Of a stretch of 64,000 nucleotides of DNA, positions 25,674 to 35,695 are shown piece by piece (positions within the stretch are counted from its first letter, which is position 1; the number at the start of each line of letters is the position of its first letter). The notes beneath the pieces were generated by a model. The model saw only the letters and a program-made list of their open reading frames with translations, was not told the DNA's origin and made no database searches. Where the stretch lies: positions 64,001-128,000 of IMG/VR virus record IMGVR_UViG_3300044846_005100; one strand, given 5' to 3'. This DNA is from a virus. A program made the translations under genes and the position numbers.

Positions 25674-25916
25674 ATGAATATAGAATATAGTAGTCCAGAA
25701 AAATACGCAGAACTTATCCTGAAGAATTATTTAAAAACACTTTCTTCTGGAGTTAGTAGAAACTTTGTTCAGCATTATGCAAAACAATGTGCTTTGAATG
25801 ATATTGAAAGCAGCATAAAATTATGGGAAAATATAGCTCCTCCTTATTTATCCTATGAGCCCTCATTAAACTTTTTAAAAGAAACAAAGAATTATATAGT
25901 TTCCTACCAATTTTAG
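25674..25916 (+). CDS. hypothetical protein
   Basis: SPEKYAELI...AKQCAL. Confidence 0.7.
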   Translation: MNIEYSSPEKYAELILKNYLKTLSSGVSRNFVQHYAKQCALNDIESSIKLWENIAPPYLSYEPSLNFLKETKNYIVSYQF

Positions 25917-25966
25917 TAGGAAACTTTTTTTTATTTATAAACGTTATATACAAAAACACAAAACAG

Positions 25967-26383
25967 ATGGGATTATATAAACAAACAATACAAAAAAGCA
26001 AGAAAGAATGCTTTATGGATAGGGCCAGAGTTTTGTTGGCCACAAAAGGATTATTACTATCCGACAAAACACTAGAAGTATTATATTGGGTACTATACTA
26101 TAAAATAGATTATCCTAAATTACATCCAAACAATGTAGATCAATTTAAGAACATGAATCAAATGCATGTAGTGATTGCAAAACACATGCAGGTATTTTCT
26201 TCTTATATCGGGGCCTATATAAATGATAGGATTGTTCCTTTTAAGATATTAAAAAAAGTAGTATCAAATCCAGTGGATAAGTTTTCTAAGCCAAGAGTAT
26301 TGGATTATGAGATACCAGAATGGCTTGAGAAAATGTACAAAGAAAAAACATTTAACATTAATATAAATTACGTTTATGAATAA
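25967..26383 (+). CDS. hypothetical protein
   Basis: 138 aa ORF. Confidence 0.7.
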   Translation: MGLYKQTIQKSKKECFMDRARVLLATKGLLLSDKTLEVLYWVLYYKIDYPKLHPNNVDQFKNMNQMHVVIAKHMQVFSSYIGAYINDRIVPFKILKKVVSNPVDKFSKPRVLDYEIPEWLEKMYKEKTFNININYVYE

Positions 26384-26567
26384 AAGCATAGTAGAAATAA
26401 TAAAAAATTTAAACTCTCCTTTCCGAAAGATTATGATTATGAATCAGGCTACTTACGAAGAATTAAAAAGAGAATTAGGAATGGAGTATTACGAAGAACT
26501 TGTTAAATACAAGAATCTAACCATAGCAATTAGCCTAGATGATAACTTAAAAATATTATTAGTATAA
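26376..26567 (+). CDS. hypothetical protein
   Basis: 63 aa coupled ORF. Confidence 0.65.
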   Translation: MNKSIVEIIKNLNSPFRKIMIMNQATYEELKRELGMEYYEELVKYKNLTIAISLDDNLKILLV

Positions 26568-26761
26568 TGGAGATCTTATTTAAACTTTTTTTTACCTGTA
26601 TATTGCTATCATCTATGATATTATTACATTTTAACTCTTTCAGAGAACATGGAAAGTTTCCATATTTGGAAACTAATAACAGTTTTTCTAAATATTTTTT
26701 TAAGATACTATACTTTATTTTCTTAGTATCATTAATCACAGTAATTATTTTAAACTCATAA
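26567..26761 (+). CDS. small membrane protein
   Basis: Two hydrophobic segments; TAATG coupling. Confidence 0.65.
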   Translation: MEILFKLFFTCILLSSMILLHFNSFREHGKFPYLETNNSFSKYFFKILYFIFLVSLITVIILNS

Positions 26762-27024
26762 TGACTATTTTTGAAGAAGTAGCTAAAAACCTTGGGAATA
26801 TTTCTCCAGAAGAAGTGCAAAAAATCTATCAAGACTATGTTAAAACAGTTTCAAAAGAAATGAGTGCTTCTCCTGCAAGAGAAATTTACTTTCCTAAATT
26901 TGGAAAATTTTCTCCGAGCGTTATAAAAATAAGAAAAAGACTTAGAATGTTTTTTAAACTACGAGAAGTAGAAAAAACAAAAAAAATGATAAATACTTTA
27001 CGAATATTAAAAAATAAAAAATAA
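26761..27024 (+). CDS. HU/IHF-like DNA-binding protein
   Basis: IFEEVAKNLG.ISPEEVQKI...EIYFPKFGKF. Confidence 0.7.
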   Translation: MTIFEEVAKNLGNISPEEVQKIYQDYVKTVSKEMSASPAREIYFPKFGKFSPSVIKIRKRLRMFFKLREVEKTKKMINTLRILKNKK

Positions 27025-27085
27025 AAATAAAAATTATTTTCGTATATTTGCAAAATATATTTTAAACACACAAAAAAAATTAATT

Positions 27086-27517
27086 ATGACAATTAAAGAA
27101 TTCAAAGATCAAGAAATCCCAAATTTTGGATTTGAGATCAAAAGAGAAAATCACATTTTAGTACAATGTTATGCTAAAAGAAGTGAATTAGCTTCTCAAT
27201 TAGTGGGTATGGAAAACCATAGAAACACTGAAATCAAAAATGCTTTTAAAGTATTAATGGCTAATGGTTCTAAAAACTTCACAGAAGGTGATATTATTTC
27301 TATTGGAGATAATCTAGTAGACAAACCAATTGTAAGTTACAAGCCACCTGTAGGAGGGGATCCTAATGGAGATGCTAGACCTGTATATGGTTTTTATTTA
27401 CAAGGATTGATGCCTTTTACATTCTATTGCCACAAACTAGAAGAAACAGAAAACCCTTTGGAGTTGACATTCTTGATTCCAGAAGATTTGATTACAGTAA
27501 AACACATAATAGACTAA
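27086..27517 (+). CDS. possible GroES-like co-chaperonin
   Basis: NHILV...KVLMA...FTEGDII...LIPEDLI pattern; own TATATTTG promoter at 27043. Confidence 0.35.
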   Translation: MTIKEFKDQEIPNFGFEIKRENHILVQCYAKRSELASQLVGMENHRNTEIKNAFKVLMANGSKNFTEGDIISIGDNLVDKPIVSYKPPVGGDPNGDARPVYGFYLQGLMPFTFYCHKLEETENPLELTFLIPEDLITVKHIID

Positions 27518-27526
27518 AAATATATC

Positions 27527-27799
27527 ATGAAAGAGAAAAATAATAAACAAAATAAGGTTTCTACACCAAAACAAAAGCCATCTACTCCTAAAAGTAAAAA
27601 AAGAACTAGCTCAGGAGTATCTAAAAAAGAAGAAAAAGCTTTCTTAGAAACAAATAAAATTGAGGATAATATTGTAAATGAAACTCCAGTAGTTTATGAG
27701 ACTCCTCAGTGTTCTTTTCCTACAAGAACCGTTCTTAAAAATAAACCAGCAAAATTATCTTTGTGGGAAAGATTTGTAGACTTTATTATTAACCTATAA
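27527..27799 (+). CDS. low-complexity basic hypothetical protein
   Basis: 90 aa ORF. Confidence 0.65.
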   Translation: MKEKNNKQNKVSTPKQKPSTPKSKKRTSSGVSKKEEKAFLETNKIEDNIVNETPVVYETPQCSFPTRTVLKNKPAKLSLWERFVDFIINL

Positions 27800-27809
27800 C
27801 TATAAAAAA

Positions 27810-28130
27810 ATGGAAACCAAAAAAAGCAAAATGACAATCAGTAAAGAGACAGGAGAAGATAGCGAAAAAGTTATTCTTTCTAAAAGAACTGATACTGAGG
27901 ACATTACAAAAACAATCGAAAAGATTTCAAATGGTTATTTACTTACTGTAGAGATTTGGAATTTTAAAGAAAACATGAAATCAAAAAACATGAAAAAGTT
28001 TTTTGAAAAAAACCCTCTTGAAATGGATGAAGAAAACGAAGAAGAAGATTCTGAAGATTCTTCTGAAAATTCAAAGATGAAGGGTACATCAGAATTTATG
28101 GAAAACTGGAATATATTAGAAATAAAATAA
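27810..28130 (+). CDS. hypothetical protein
   Basis: IEKISNGYLL; acidic tail. Confidence 0.7.
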   Translation: METKKSKMTISKETGEDSEKVILSKRTDTEDITKTIEKISNGYLLTVEIWNFKENMKSKNMKKFFEKNPLEMDEENEEEDSEDSSENSKMKGTSEFMENWNILEIK

Positions 28131-28134
28131 GACA

Positions 28135-28443
28135 ATGTTTGCAAATCCTGATGCAGCTAATCCTGCAAAAATAACTTTTAAAAATGTAAAGAACTACCTC
28201 TCTGCTCAAGTTAGAGAGGCAGGTTTTTTACCAGAATGGGAAAAAGAACAAGTGTTATGGAGAAATGAAGTAGCACAAGCTTGTTCTTTAAATGGAAGTT
28301 GCCTAGAATGTGGATGTGAAACTCCTGATCTTTACTATGGCACTGATGGTTGTAAAAGAAAAGAAAATCCTTGCTTTCCTGATATGATGAATAAAGAAGA
28401 TTGGGAAGCTTATAAAATACAAAACAATATAAAAATAGAATAA
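28135..28443 (+). CDS. Cys-rich Zn-binding protein
   Basis: CSLNGSCLECGC...C...CFPDMM..EDW. Confidence 0.75.
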   Translation: MFANPDAANPAKITFKNVKNYLSAQVREAGFLPEWEKEQVLWRNEVAQACSLNGSCLECGCETPDLYYGTDGCKRKENPCFPDMMNKEDWEAYKIQNNIKIE

Positions 28444-28444
28444 T

Positions 28445-28774
28445 ATGTCAGAAAATATAAATCCAAATTTAAAACTCACTACGGTGGTATTTGAACCAGA
28501 GATCATAGTTGTAGAGGGTAAAAGAGATCAAACAGTTGGAGGGTCCGTTATGGTAAAAAATATAGGAGATGAAACCTTTATATGTCAAAGTGTGGCTAAA
28601 AGTTGTGGATGTACAACTCCTTCAGGTGTAACTACTGGAACAATAATAGAACCAGGAGAAAGTAAAGAATTAAGTTTTACTATTAAACTCGGAACTCCTT
28701 CAGATAAGTTTATTTATGTTTACGGAAATGCTACGGCTATTTCTTTAAGAATAGCTAAACGCATATTGGAATAA
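28445..28774 (+). CDS. DUF1573-like Ig-fold protein
   Basis: KNIGD...SCGCTTP...IEPGESKEL. Confidence 0.75.
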   Translation: MSENINPNLKLTTVVFEPEIIVVEGKRDQTVGGSVMVKNIGDETFICQSVAKSCGCTTPSGVTTGTIIEPGESKELSFTIKLGTPSDKFIYVYGNATAISLRIAKRILE

Positions 28775-28776
28775 TT

Positions 28777-29301
28777 ATGATAGAAACTACAGAAATGGTT
28801 TTAGAACCAAAGAAAATAAATTATATTTTTGAAGGAGGATTTGATCTACAAAATATAAACGAAGCTCTTTCTTTTTTAAATGGAAATGATCTTCCTGTTA
28901 ATTTGTTTATTAACACTCCTGGGGGGTATGTAAGTTATGTACATCCTTTTAGTAAAGCCATAGAAGAATATGGAGATATTGTCCTCTATCCTATCGAGGA
29001 ATGTTCTAGTGCAGGATTCTTTTTATTATTAAATACTTCCGTACCTATTTGTCTATTAGACAGATCTATACGATGTTTGATTCATTTTCCTAGAATAGAT
29101 TCTATTTTGGATATGAATAAAAATCACATTTACGATAAAGTTGATTTTAAAAATAAAACAGAACAAAAAGGATTTTCAGAATTACTAAAAAGTCTTCCTT
29201 TACCAAATAAGCAAATGAAAAAATTATTAAAAGGAGAAGATATAGTCTTATACTATAATGATTTATTAGAAATATTTAAAACGAGAATAATACATGAGTA
29301 A
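28777..29301 (+). CDS. ClpP-like protease
   Basis: LFINTPGG, CSSAG (catalytic Ser), LIH (His). Confidence 0.7.
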   Translation: MIETTEMVLEPKKINYIFEGGFDLQNINEALSFLNGNDLPVNLFINTPGGYVSYVHPFSKAIEEYGDIVLYPIEECSSAGFFLLLNTSVPICLLDRSIRCLIHFPRIDSILDMNKNHIYDKVDFKNKTEQKGFSELLKSLPLPNKQMKKLLKGEDIVLYYNDLLEIFKTRIIHE

Positions 29302-29707
29302 TAATAATAATCATTTTGAAATTGTAAAAAACAAAAAATTTAAAGAAGTTATTTCAAATAAGGAATTTTTCACTGGTCAGACAGTCCTATTTATATGTTG
29401 TGAAGAATCTAAAACACCTACTCAACACACAATACAATTAGACACAAATTACCATGTATTAGATCCTATTGTAAAATACATAAAACATTCCTTCGATCCT
29501 AATGTTAGGGTTGAAGGACACTCTTTAGTGGCTATTAGAAAAATAAAGCCAGGAGATGAAATAAAGAGAAACTACTACGAAACAGAAGAGATTATAGTAA
29601 AAGAATTCACAGACAGAGAAACTGGAGAAAGAGTTAATACAAAAAATCTTTATTTATTCAATAATAAAAATACAGAAGATGGATTATTATTTGATGCAGA
29701 ATTTTGA
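29294..29707 (+). CDS. SET-domain protein
   Basis: YIKHSFDPN...LVAIRKIKPGDEIKRNY matches NHSCxPN...AxRDIxxGEELxxDY. Confidence 0.75.
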   Translation: MSNNNNHFEIVKNKKFKEVISNKEFFTGQTVLFICCEESKTPTQHTIQLDTNYHVLDPIVKYIKHSFDPNVRVEGHSLVAIRKIKPGDEIKRNYYETEEIIVKEFTDRETGERVNTKNLYLFNNKNTEDGLLFDAEF

Positions 29708-30233
29708 TTATGAGAAGAATAGATATTCTTTCTGGGATGTAAATCCTGAATTTAAATTCACAGAACCTTTTGATGATTATTACAATGCTACTGAAAATAA
29801 AGATTATTCTTCGGAAGTAATGTGGGCCATTTTTTTATTTTGCGATATTAAGTCTCCTAAAATAAGGCTTAGAAAAGACGAAAGAGATCTTGATATTAAG
29901 AAATATTTTCTTAAAGATGAGACTTTTAGTTTTGATTACCATGAAGATTTAGTAGATGCCTACCCAAAAGTAGTAATGACTAAAATACAGAGAGAACTTA
30001 AAGTATGGCAAGATAAGATAGAAGAAAGAAATAAGTTTTTAGAATCAGTTACTTATGATTTAAGTACTTATGAAGCCCTAGACAAGATGATGAAAGACTC
30101 TAAACTTATTTGGGAGTCTTTTGGAAAAATTTATAAAGAATATCAAGACGAAAATATAGAAACCAGAGCTAGAGGTGGAAGAGAAGAATCTTTCACCGAA
30201 AAGCTCGTAAGTAAAGCAAAAAAAGCAAATTAA
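29679..30233 (+). CDS. putative terminase small subunit
   Basis: Helical, ends in RARGGREES, lies upstream of TerL; FWDVNP motif. Confidence 0.5.
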   Translation: MDYYLMQNFDYEKNRYSFWDVNPEFKFTEPFDDYYNATENKDYSSEVMWAIFLFCDIKSPKIRLRKDERDLDIKKYFLKDETFSFDYHEDLVDAYPKVVMTKIQRELKVWQDKIEERNKFLESVTYDLSTYEALDKMMKDSKLIWESFGKIYKEYQDENIETRARGGREESFTEKLVSKAKKAN

Positions 30234-30258
30234 TTATTCACATACAAAACAATAAATT

Positions 30259-30474
30259 ATGTTCCCAGTAAACAAACCAAATCAATACAATCAACCTAAA
30301 GCTAAAGCAAATCCTTTAGAGTTAAAACACGGAAGTTACTTTTGGCTTTCAAGACTTCTTGGCACTTACTCCAAAGAAAGATTCAAAGAGATGCAAGATG
30401 CTTTAGAAAAAATTAAGCAAAATGCTTCAGAACAGCAAGATGCTCCTGAAAAAGCATTTGAACAAATAGACTAG
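30259..30474 (+). CDS. hypothetical protein
   Basis: 71 aa ORF. Confidence 0.65.
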   Translation: MFPVNKPNQYNQPKAKANPLELKHGSYFWLSRLLGTYSKERFKEMQDALEKIKQNASEQQDAPEKAFEQID

Positions 30475-30480
30475 AATATT

Positions 30481-30699
30481 ATGATAATAATGATTGACTT
30501 AAAAAACAACTATATTGAGATAGATGGTAATAAAGATCCTGATCTAAATATACAGAATGTTTTAGAAAAAATTTCTCAAAACATAGATAAGTATGATGTA
30601 AAACAAGTCAACATTAGGGAAGAATTAATAAAAATGCTTTCCAAAAAAATTATAATAAGAAACAAAGATATTATACCTAGAGCTCCTATACAAAAATGA
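30481..30699 (+). CDS. hypothetical protein
   Basis: 72 aa ORF coupled to TerL. Confidence 0.6.
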   Translation: MIIMIDLKNNYIEIDGNKDPDLNIQNVLEKISQNIDKYDVKQVNIREELIKMLSKKIIIRNKDIIPRAPIQK

Positions 30700-32999
30700 T
30701 AATTAATACAGAAAATATATTTCCAAAAATATATGATAACACCCCTTTTATAAAAAATCATCCTACCTTACACCCTCATAGTACAGCCTATGAGGAATAT
30801 TGGACTAGGGAATTAGAAGAGTTTATATTAGGGGTTTGGGGGGAGGAAGAAACTCCTGAAGGATTACGTTGGAGATATATGAATCCTCAGTTAAATTATT
30901 TCACTAATTATCACACTATTACCATTCAAGATGGTAAACAACGTATTAAATCAAGGCCAAGTTTATTGGATATAAACTGGACCATATTAAATTGTTGGTT
31001 TATTTGTAGAGGTTTTAGTGGATTTGAACAAGATGAAGAATACACTTGTAATTGGACAGTGAAACTAAAAGAGGATAAATTAAACAATCCTCTATCCCCT
31101 GACATTCCTTTAAAATTTTTAAATAACCTATCTGACCATTGTTATAAGCCTGACGGAACCTTTAAAACATATATTGATCCTTTAGAATACTTAAATAAGA
31201 CTCATGATAAGAATTTAGGCAATCCTATTTATGATAACAATGCTTTAAATTTATTTTTATTAGGATCTCGATCGGGAGGAAAATCCTTTATGGCTTCAGC
31301 ATTAATGGAACATGAATGGTTATCGGATGGTGCTAAAACTGTAGAAGATTATCTTTCAGGAAAAAATAAAGTGGAAATTTTTTGTGGATCGGCCAGTTCG
31401 GGAAAATCTTCTCAACTATTAGACAAATTCTCCAACTCTTTGAAAAACTTACCTGGAGAATATTTTGATAGAGAGTATTTCCCTTCTCCTTTTAGTAGAA
31501 CTTTTTCTGGTACACTTAAAGTAGGAAACTCTAAAAATCCTTATAGATTTGAGTATGAAAAGAAAATCGGGAATTCTAATGTAAAAGAAGGTACAGGATC
31601 TCTACTTATCCACGAGACCTACAAAGACAATAAACAAGCAGCCGTTGGAGGCCGTTACAATGTGTTAGTAGTGGAAGAGGTGGGATTGGAAGATAAAATT
31701 CTTACAGTGCATGGTGCCAACGAATCTACACAGGATATGGGGGCAGGTAAGTTTGGATCTTCATTCTACCTTGGAACAGGTGGAGACATGGAAAAAGTTA
31801 TTGAATCTGAGATTATATTTAGAGATCCTGAAGCTTATGACTTTTTAGGGTTTAAAGATATTTATGAAGGAAGAGGAGTAATAGGTTTTTTCCTACCAGC
31901 AATTTATACAAACTTAGCCTACAAAGATGATAATGGCAATACAGATGTAGAGACTGCTTTGAAGTATGAAATGGAGCGAAGAGAAGAGAAAAAACAAGCT
32001 AATAATACTTCGGCCTACGATGAGTATATCATGTCTCGTCCAATTAAACCTTCTGAAATGTTCTTGTCAAAAACAGGTAACAAATTCCCGATTGTAATGC
32101 TTAGAGAGCAACAAGCCAATAATGATAGGTATGAGTTTAAAAAACATTTAAGAACAGTAGGATCATTGGTAGAGGATAAAGATTATATTACAGGTGTAAA
32201 ATTCAAACCTAATCCAGATTTAAGGCCTATAGATAGATTTCCTCACGATTCTAAATCTGATTTGAGAAGTGCTTGGGAGATTTACGAACATCCTCCTGCT
32301 GGCATAATACCTAGAAATCTTTTTAAAATTGTATATGACCCGATTAGAGATGAAGGCGGAGGTACTTCATTGGCAGCAATATATGTTTATAAATCTAATA
32401 ATACTGTAGATGCTAATGGTAATGAATTAGTTGCATGGTGGGTAGGAAGATATGATATGCCTGAAGAAATACATTTACAATGTGTATTGGCCGCCAAGTA
32501 TTTTAATGCTGAAGTAATGTTTGAGAATAACATTATTGACTTTAAAAACTACTGTATGCGTACAGGTAACTATCATATATTAGCTCTCACCCCGAAACAA
32601 GTTATTGAAAAAGCAATAAAAGATCCTACTTTAAAATATGATGTGGGAATTCCGATGACAAATCCTTTAAAACAATATGCTTTAAGGTTGGCCCAACAAT
32701 GGCTATTAGAGGAAAAAAAGAAATATGTAGAGGAACTAGAAGATGGCACCAAAAGAGAAGTGGTAGTTAGGAATTTACATACATTAAAAGATGATTTGTT
32801 AATTGAAGAGCTTATACAATATAATGATAAAGGAAACTTTGACCGTGTATCGGCATTTTTACTTCTAATGTTGTGGCTAGAACAAGATAAAGAAATGATT
32901 GTAAAAGAAACTGAAGAAATGGTGCAAACTACTTCCAAAGATTTTTACACTGATTTGTATCGCAATCAATTAAAAAATACCAATTTACTCAAATACTAA
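30696..32999 (+). CDS. terL: terminase large subunit
   Basis: GSRSGGKS Walker A, VLVVEEVG Walker B, GTGGD, RNase H-like VYDP...FENN...NFDRVSA. Confidence 0.92.
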   Translation: MIINTENIFPKIYDNTPFIKNHPTLHPHSTAYEEYWTRELEEFILGVWGEEETPEGLRWRYMNPQLNYFTNYHTITIQDGKQRIKSRPSLLDINWTILNCWFICRGFSGFEQDEEYTCNWTVKLKEDKLNNPLSPDIPLKFLNNLSDHCYKPDGTFKTYIDPLEYLNKTHDKNLGNPIYDNNALNLFLLGSRSGGKSFMASALMEHEWLSDGAKTVEDYLSGKNKVEIFCGSASSGKSSQLLDKFSNSLKNLPGEYFDREYFPSPFSRTFSGTLKVGNSKNPYRFEYEKKIGNSNVKEGTGSLLIHETYKDNKQAAVGGRYNVLVVEEVGLEDKILTVHGANESTQDMGAGKFGSSFYLGTGGDMEKVIESEIIFRDPEAYDFLGFKDIYEGRGVIGFFLPAIYTNLAYKDDNGNTDVETALKYEMERREEKKQANNTSAYDEYIMSRPIKPSEMFLSKTGNKFPIVMLREQQANNDRYEFKKHLRTVGSLVEDKDYITGVKFKPNPDLRPIDRFPHDSKSDLRSAWEIYEHPPAGIIPRNLFKIVYDPIRDEGGGTSLAAIYVYKSNNTVDANGNELVAWWVGRYDMPEEIHLQCVLAAKYFNAEVMFENNIIDFKNYCMRTGNYHILALTPKQVIEKAIKDPTLKYDVGIPMTNPLKQYALRLAQQWLLEEKKKYVEELEDGTKREVVVRNLHTLKDDLLIEELIQYNDKGNFDRVSAFLLLMLWLEQDKEMIVKETEEMVQTTSKDFYTDLYRNQLKNTNLLKY

Positions 33000-33056
33000 A
33001 TTAAATTTTATAAAAAAATAATTTTTAATTAATTTTGTTTTTTTAAAAACTAAAGA

Positions 33057-35570
33057 ATGGTAATAAATAGTAGTTTAACTTCGCAATTCTTAAACGCTCC
33101 TGGAAGTGACAGGTTGAGTTATAAGAAAAAAATAGCAGACAACTATGCTTGGGCAAGGCAGAGAATGGATTACCTATGCAACCAATATAATTATTATAAC
33201 GAGAAAAAAGAAAAGTTTAAAATCAACTACGAGTTATACAACGGTAGAATGGATTTTAATAGTTATATAAATACAGGAAACACTATTCAAACCGAATTAG
33301 GTATGGATATTCCTGAAATGGAAATCAATCAAAGTGATTTTATACACTTTCCAATATTGCAAACAGTGCTTCACGACTTAGAAGGAGAGGAAATTAAAAG
33401 ACCTTTTAACTTAAGAGTGGTAAGTACTAACTCTACAAGTGAATCTATTAGACAAAAAACTCGTAGAGAGTTGTTAGTGGAAAATACTTCTAAAATTGTT
33501 AAACAAGATCTTTTGAATAAAGCTAAATTAGCTAATCAAAAGAGAATGGAGCAAATTAAAGCTCAGATGGATCCTTCTATGGACCCTGAGTATATGAATA
33601 AGTTACAGGAAATTTCTGATAGCCTTGATGCTCAATTGGAAGAAACTGTCAATAAAATGACTCCAATTGAAGTAGAAACTTATATGGCTAAAGGGTTTAA
33701 GCTTCCTGAAGAAAAACTTACAGATGAGCTTTTACAATATCATATCCGAACAGATAGAATTAAATTAGTATTTGATAAAGGCTGGAAAGATGTGATTATT
33801 ACTGGAGAAGAAGTTTATTGGACAGGAGAACTTAACGGAAAGCCTGTAATAAAAGCTTGTAATCCTTTGTATTTCAATTATGCTAAATCTAAAGATGTTG
33901 ATTTCTTAGATGAAGCAGATTGGTGTACTTACGATGAATATCTTTCTATTTATGAAATATACCAAAAATTTGGTAATATTATTACCGAAGAAGAAAGAGA
34001 AGTATTTGATAAATACGAATCTACATTAAATTCTCCAAGTGATTCTAAGATATGGGAAATTATTCCTAACGCTATTATGAATCCTACAGACTCAGAGGCA
34101 ACTCCTAGTTGGGTAGATCCTTGGGAAGACAATTATACAGATAATTTTAAAATTAGAAGACTTAGAGTTACACACGTTGTATGGAAGTCTTTGAAAAAAA
34201 TAAAATATATTTTTAGACTTAATGAAAATGGAACCTTAGAGAAAACTATTGCGGATGAAACGTATGTTTTCAACAAAGAAACAGATGTTAAGCAAGAAAT
34301 TATATTTATTCCTGAATTTTGGCATGGATATAAAATCTTCACAAATCCTAAAATTTATTTGAAAATTGAACCTATTCCTAATCAATACAGAGATATTGAT
34401 AATCCTTTTCAAATAAGGGGTCCTTATACAGGATCAGTATATTCTGCTAGAAACTCTGCTCCAATCGCTATTGCGGATTTAGGAAAACCTTGGCAATTCT
34501 TGTACAATGTAATTATCAATCAAATTATTGAATTGATGAAAACAGATATAGGAAGAGTATTGATGGGTATTTCTGAGCAGATTCCAAAAGAAATGACTCC
34601 AACACAATGGATGACTTATATTAAGAAATTCAAAGTGGCTTTAATTTCTGCTTCAAGAGAAGGAGATATGAGAAATGTAGGAGTAGATCCTCAGTATTGG
34701 AAATCTATAGATTTATCACACACTCAAGAAATTAGTCAAAAAATTGAACTATTAGAATATATTGAGAAAAAAATGGCTCAATCTATGAGTTATAACCCTG
34801 GACGTTTAGGCCAACAATCTCCTTATGAATCTATAGGTAATAACCAACAAAGTATTATACAGTCTTCTAACCAGACAGAGAAATGGTTTTACATGCATAA
34901 CTATGTAAAAGAAAGAACTGTAGAAAACTATATTGAGATCTGTAAAGTAATTTATAAGGACAATCCTTTAAAAGCTTCTTATATTCTTTCAGATTTAAGT
35001 GTTGCTACTTTAAATACAGAAGTTGCTAATTTTGCAAATTATAACTATAAAGTATTTATTACCAATACTTTAAGAGATACAGAAATCATAGGTCAATTAA
35101 AAAATCTTATTCAACCTATTATTCAAAACAGTAATGGAGATTTAAGAGTAGCTACAGAGATTCTTACTACAGAAAATGCTACCGAGGTAAAAAATATCAT
35201 AAATAGAATACAAGAGCAAAAAGAAGCAAAAGAAGAACAAATGCAAAAAGCTCAACAAGAGCAACAAATGCAAATACAACAAATGCAGATCCAAGCTGAA
35301 CAAGAAAGAATGAAAGTAGAAAAACAAATGGCAGATGATAAAAATGCTACTACTATAAAAGCTGCTGAGTTAAATACAGAACGTTTTGCTAGAGCTAATG
35401 ATATTAACCAAGACGGTACAAACGATTTGATTGAATTACAAATGATGAAAAACGAAAGTGAGTCCGCTACAGACCTTAATGATGCTAAGATAGAGCAAAT
35501 TATGCTTCAGAATAAAAAAATTGAAACAGAAATAAGCTTGATGAAGAAAAAAGGTAATGAAAAGAAATAG
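33057..35570 (+). CDS. portal protein
   Basis: 837 aa after TerL; NYELYNG, KPWQFLYN, RLGQ, Q-rich coiled barrel, DINQDGTND. Confidence 0.88.
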   Translation: MVINSSLTSQFLNAPGSDRLSYKKKIADNYAWARQRMDYLCNQYNYYNEKKEKFKINYELYNGRMDFNSYINTGNTIQTELGMDIPEMEINQSDFIHFPILQTVLHDLEGEEIKRPFNLRVVSTNSTSESIRQKTRRELLVENTSKIVKQDLLNKAKLANQKRMEQIKAQMDPSMDPEYMNKLQEISDSLDAQLEETVNKMTPIEVETYMAKGFKLPEEKLTDELLQYHIRTDRIKLVFDKGWKDVIITGEEVYWTGELNGKPVIKACNPLYFNYAKSKDVDFLDEADWCTYDEYLSIYEIYQKFGNIITEEEREVFDKYESTLNSPSDSKIWEIIPNAIMNPTDSEATPSWVDPWEDNYTDNFKIRRLRVTHVVWKSLKKIKYIFRLNENGTLEKTIADETYVFNKETDVKQEIIFIPEFWHGYKIFTNPKIYLKIEPIPNQYRDIDNPFQIRGPYTGSVYSARNSAPIAIADLGKPWQFLYNVIINQIIELMKTDIGRVLMGISEQIPKEMTPTQWMTYIKKFKVALISASREGDMRNVGVDPQYWKSIDLSHTQEISQKIELLEYIEKKMAQSMSYNPGRLGQQSPYESIGNNQQSIIQSSNQTEKWFYMHNYVKERTVENYIEICKVIYKDNPLKASYILSDLSVATLNTEVANFANYNYKVFITNTLRDTEIIGQLKNLIQPIIQNSNGDLRVATEILTTENATEVKNIINRIQEQKEAKEEQMQKAQQEQQMQIQQMQIQAEQERMKVEKQMADDKNATTIKAAELNTERFARANDINQDGTNDLIELQMMKNESESATDLNDAKIEQIMLQNKKIETEISLMKKKGNEKK

Positions 35571-35695
35571 CCCATAAATAAAGGATTTCAGAGTAAATTT
35601 TTTTATTATAAAAAAAAATAATTTACAAAAAAATAATTTTTTTTCAATTTTGTATCACAAAGCAATTATAATTCACACACACAAAAAAAAATAAT

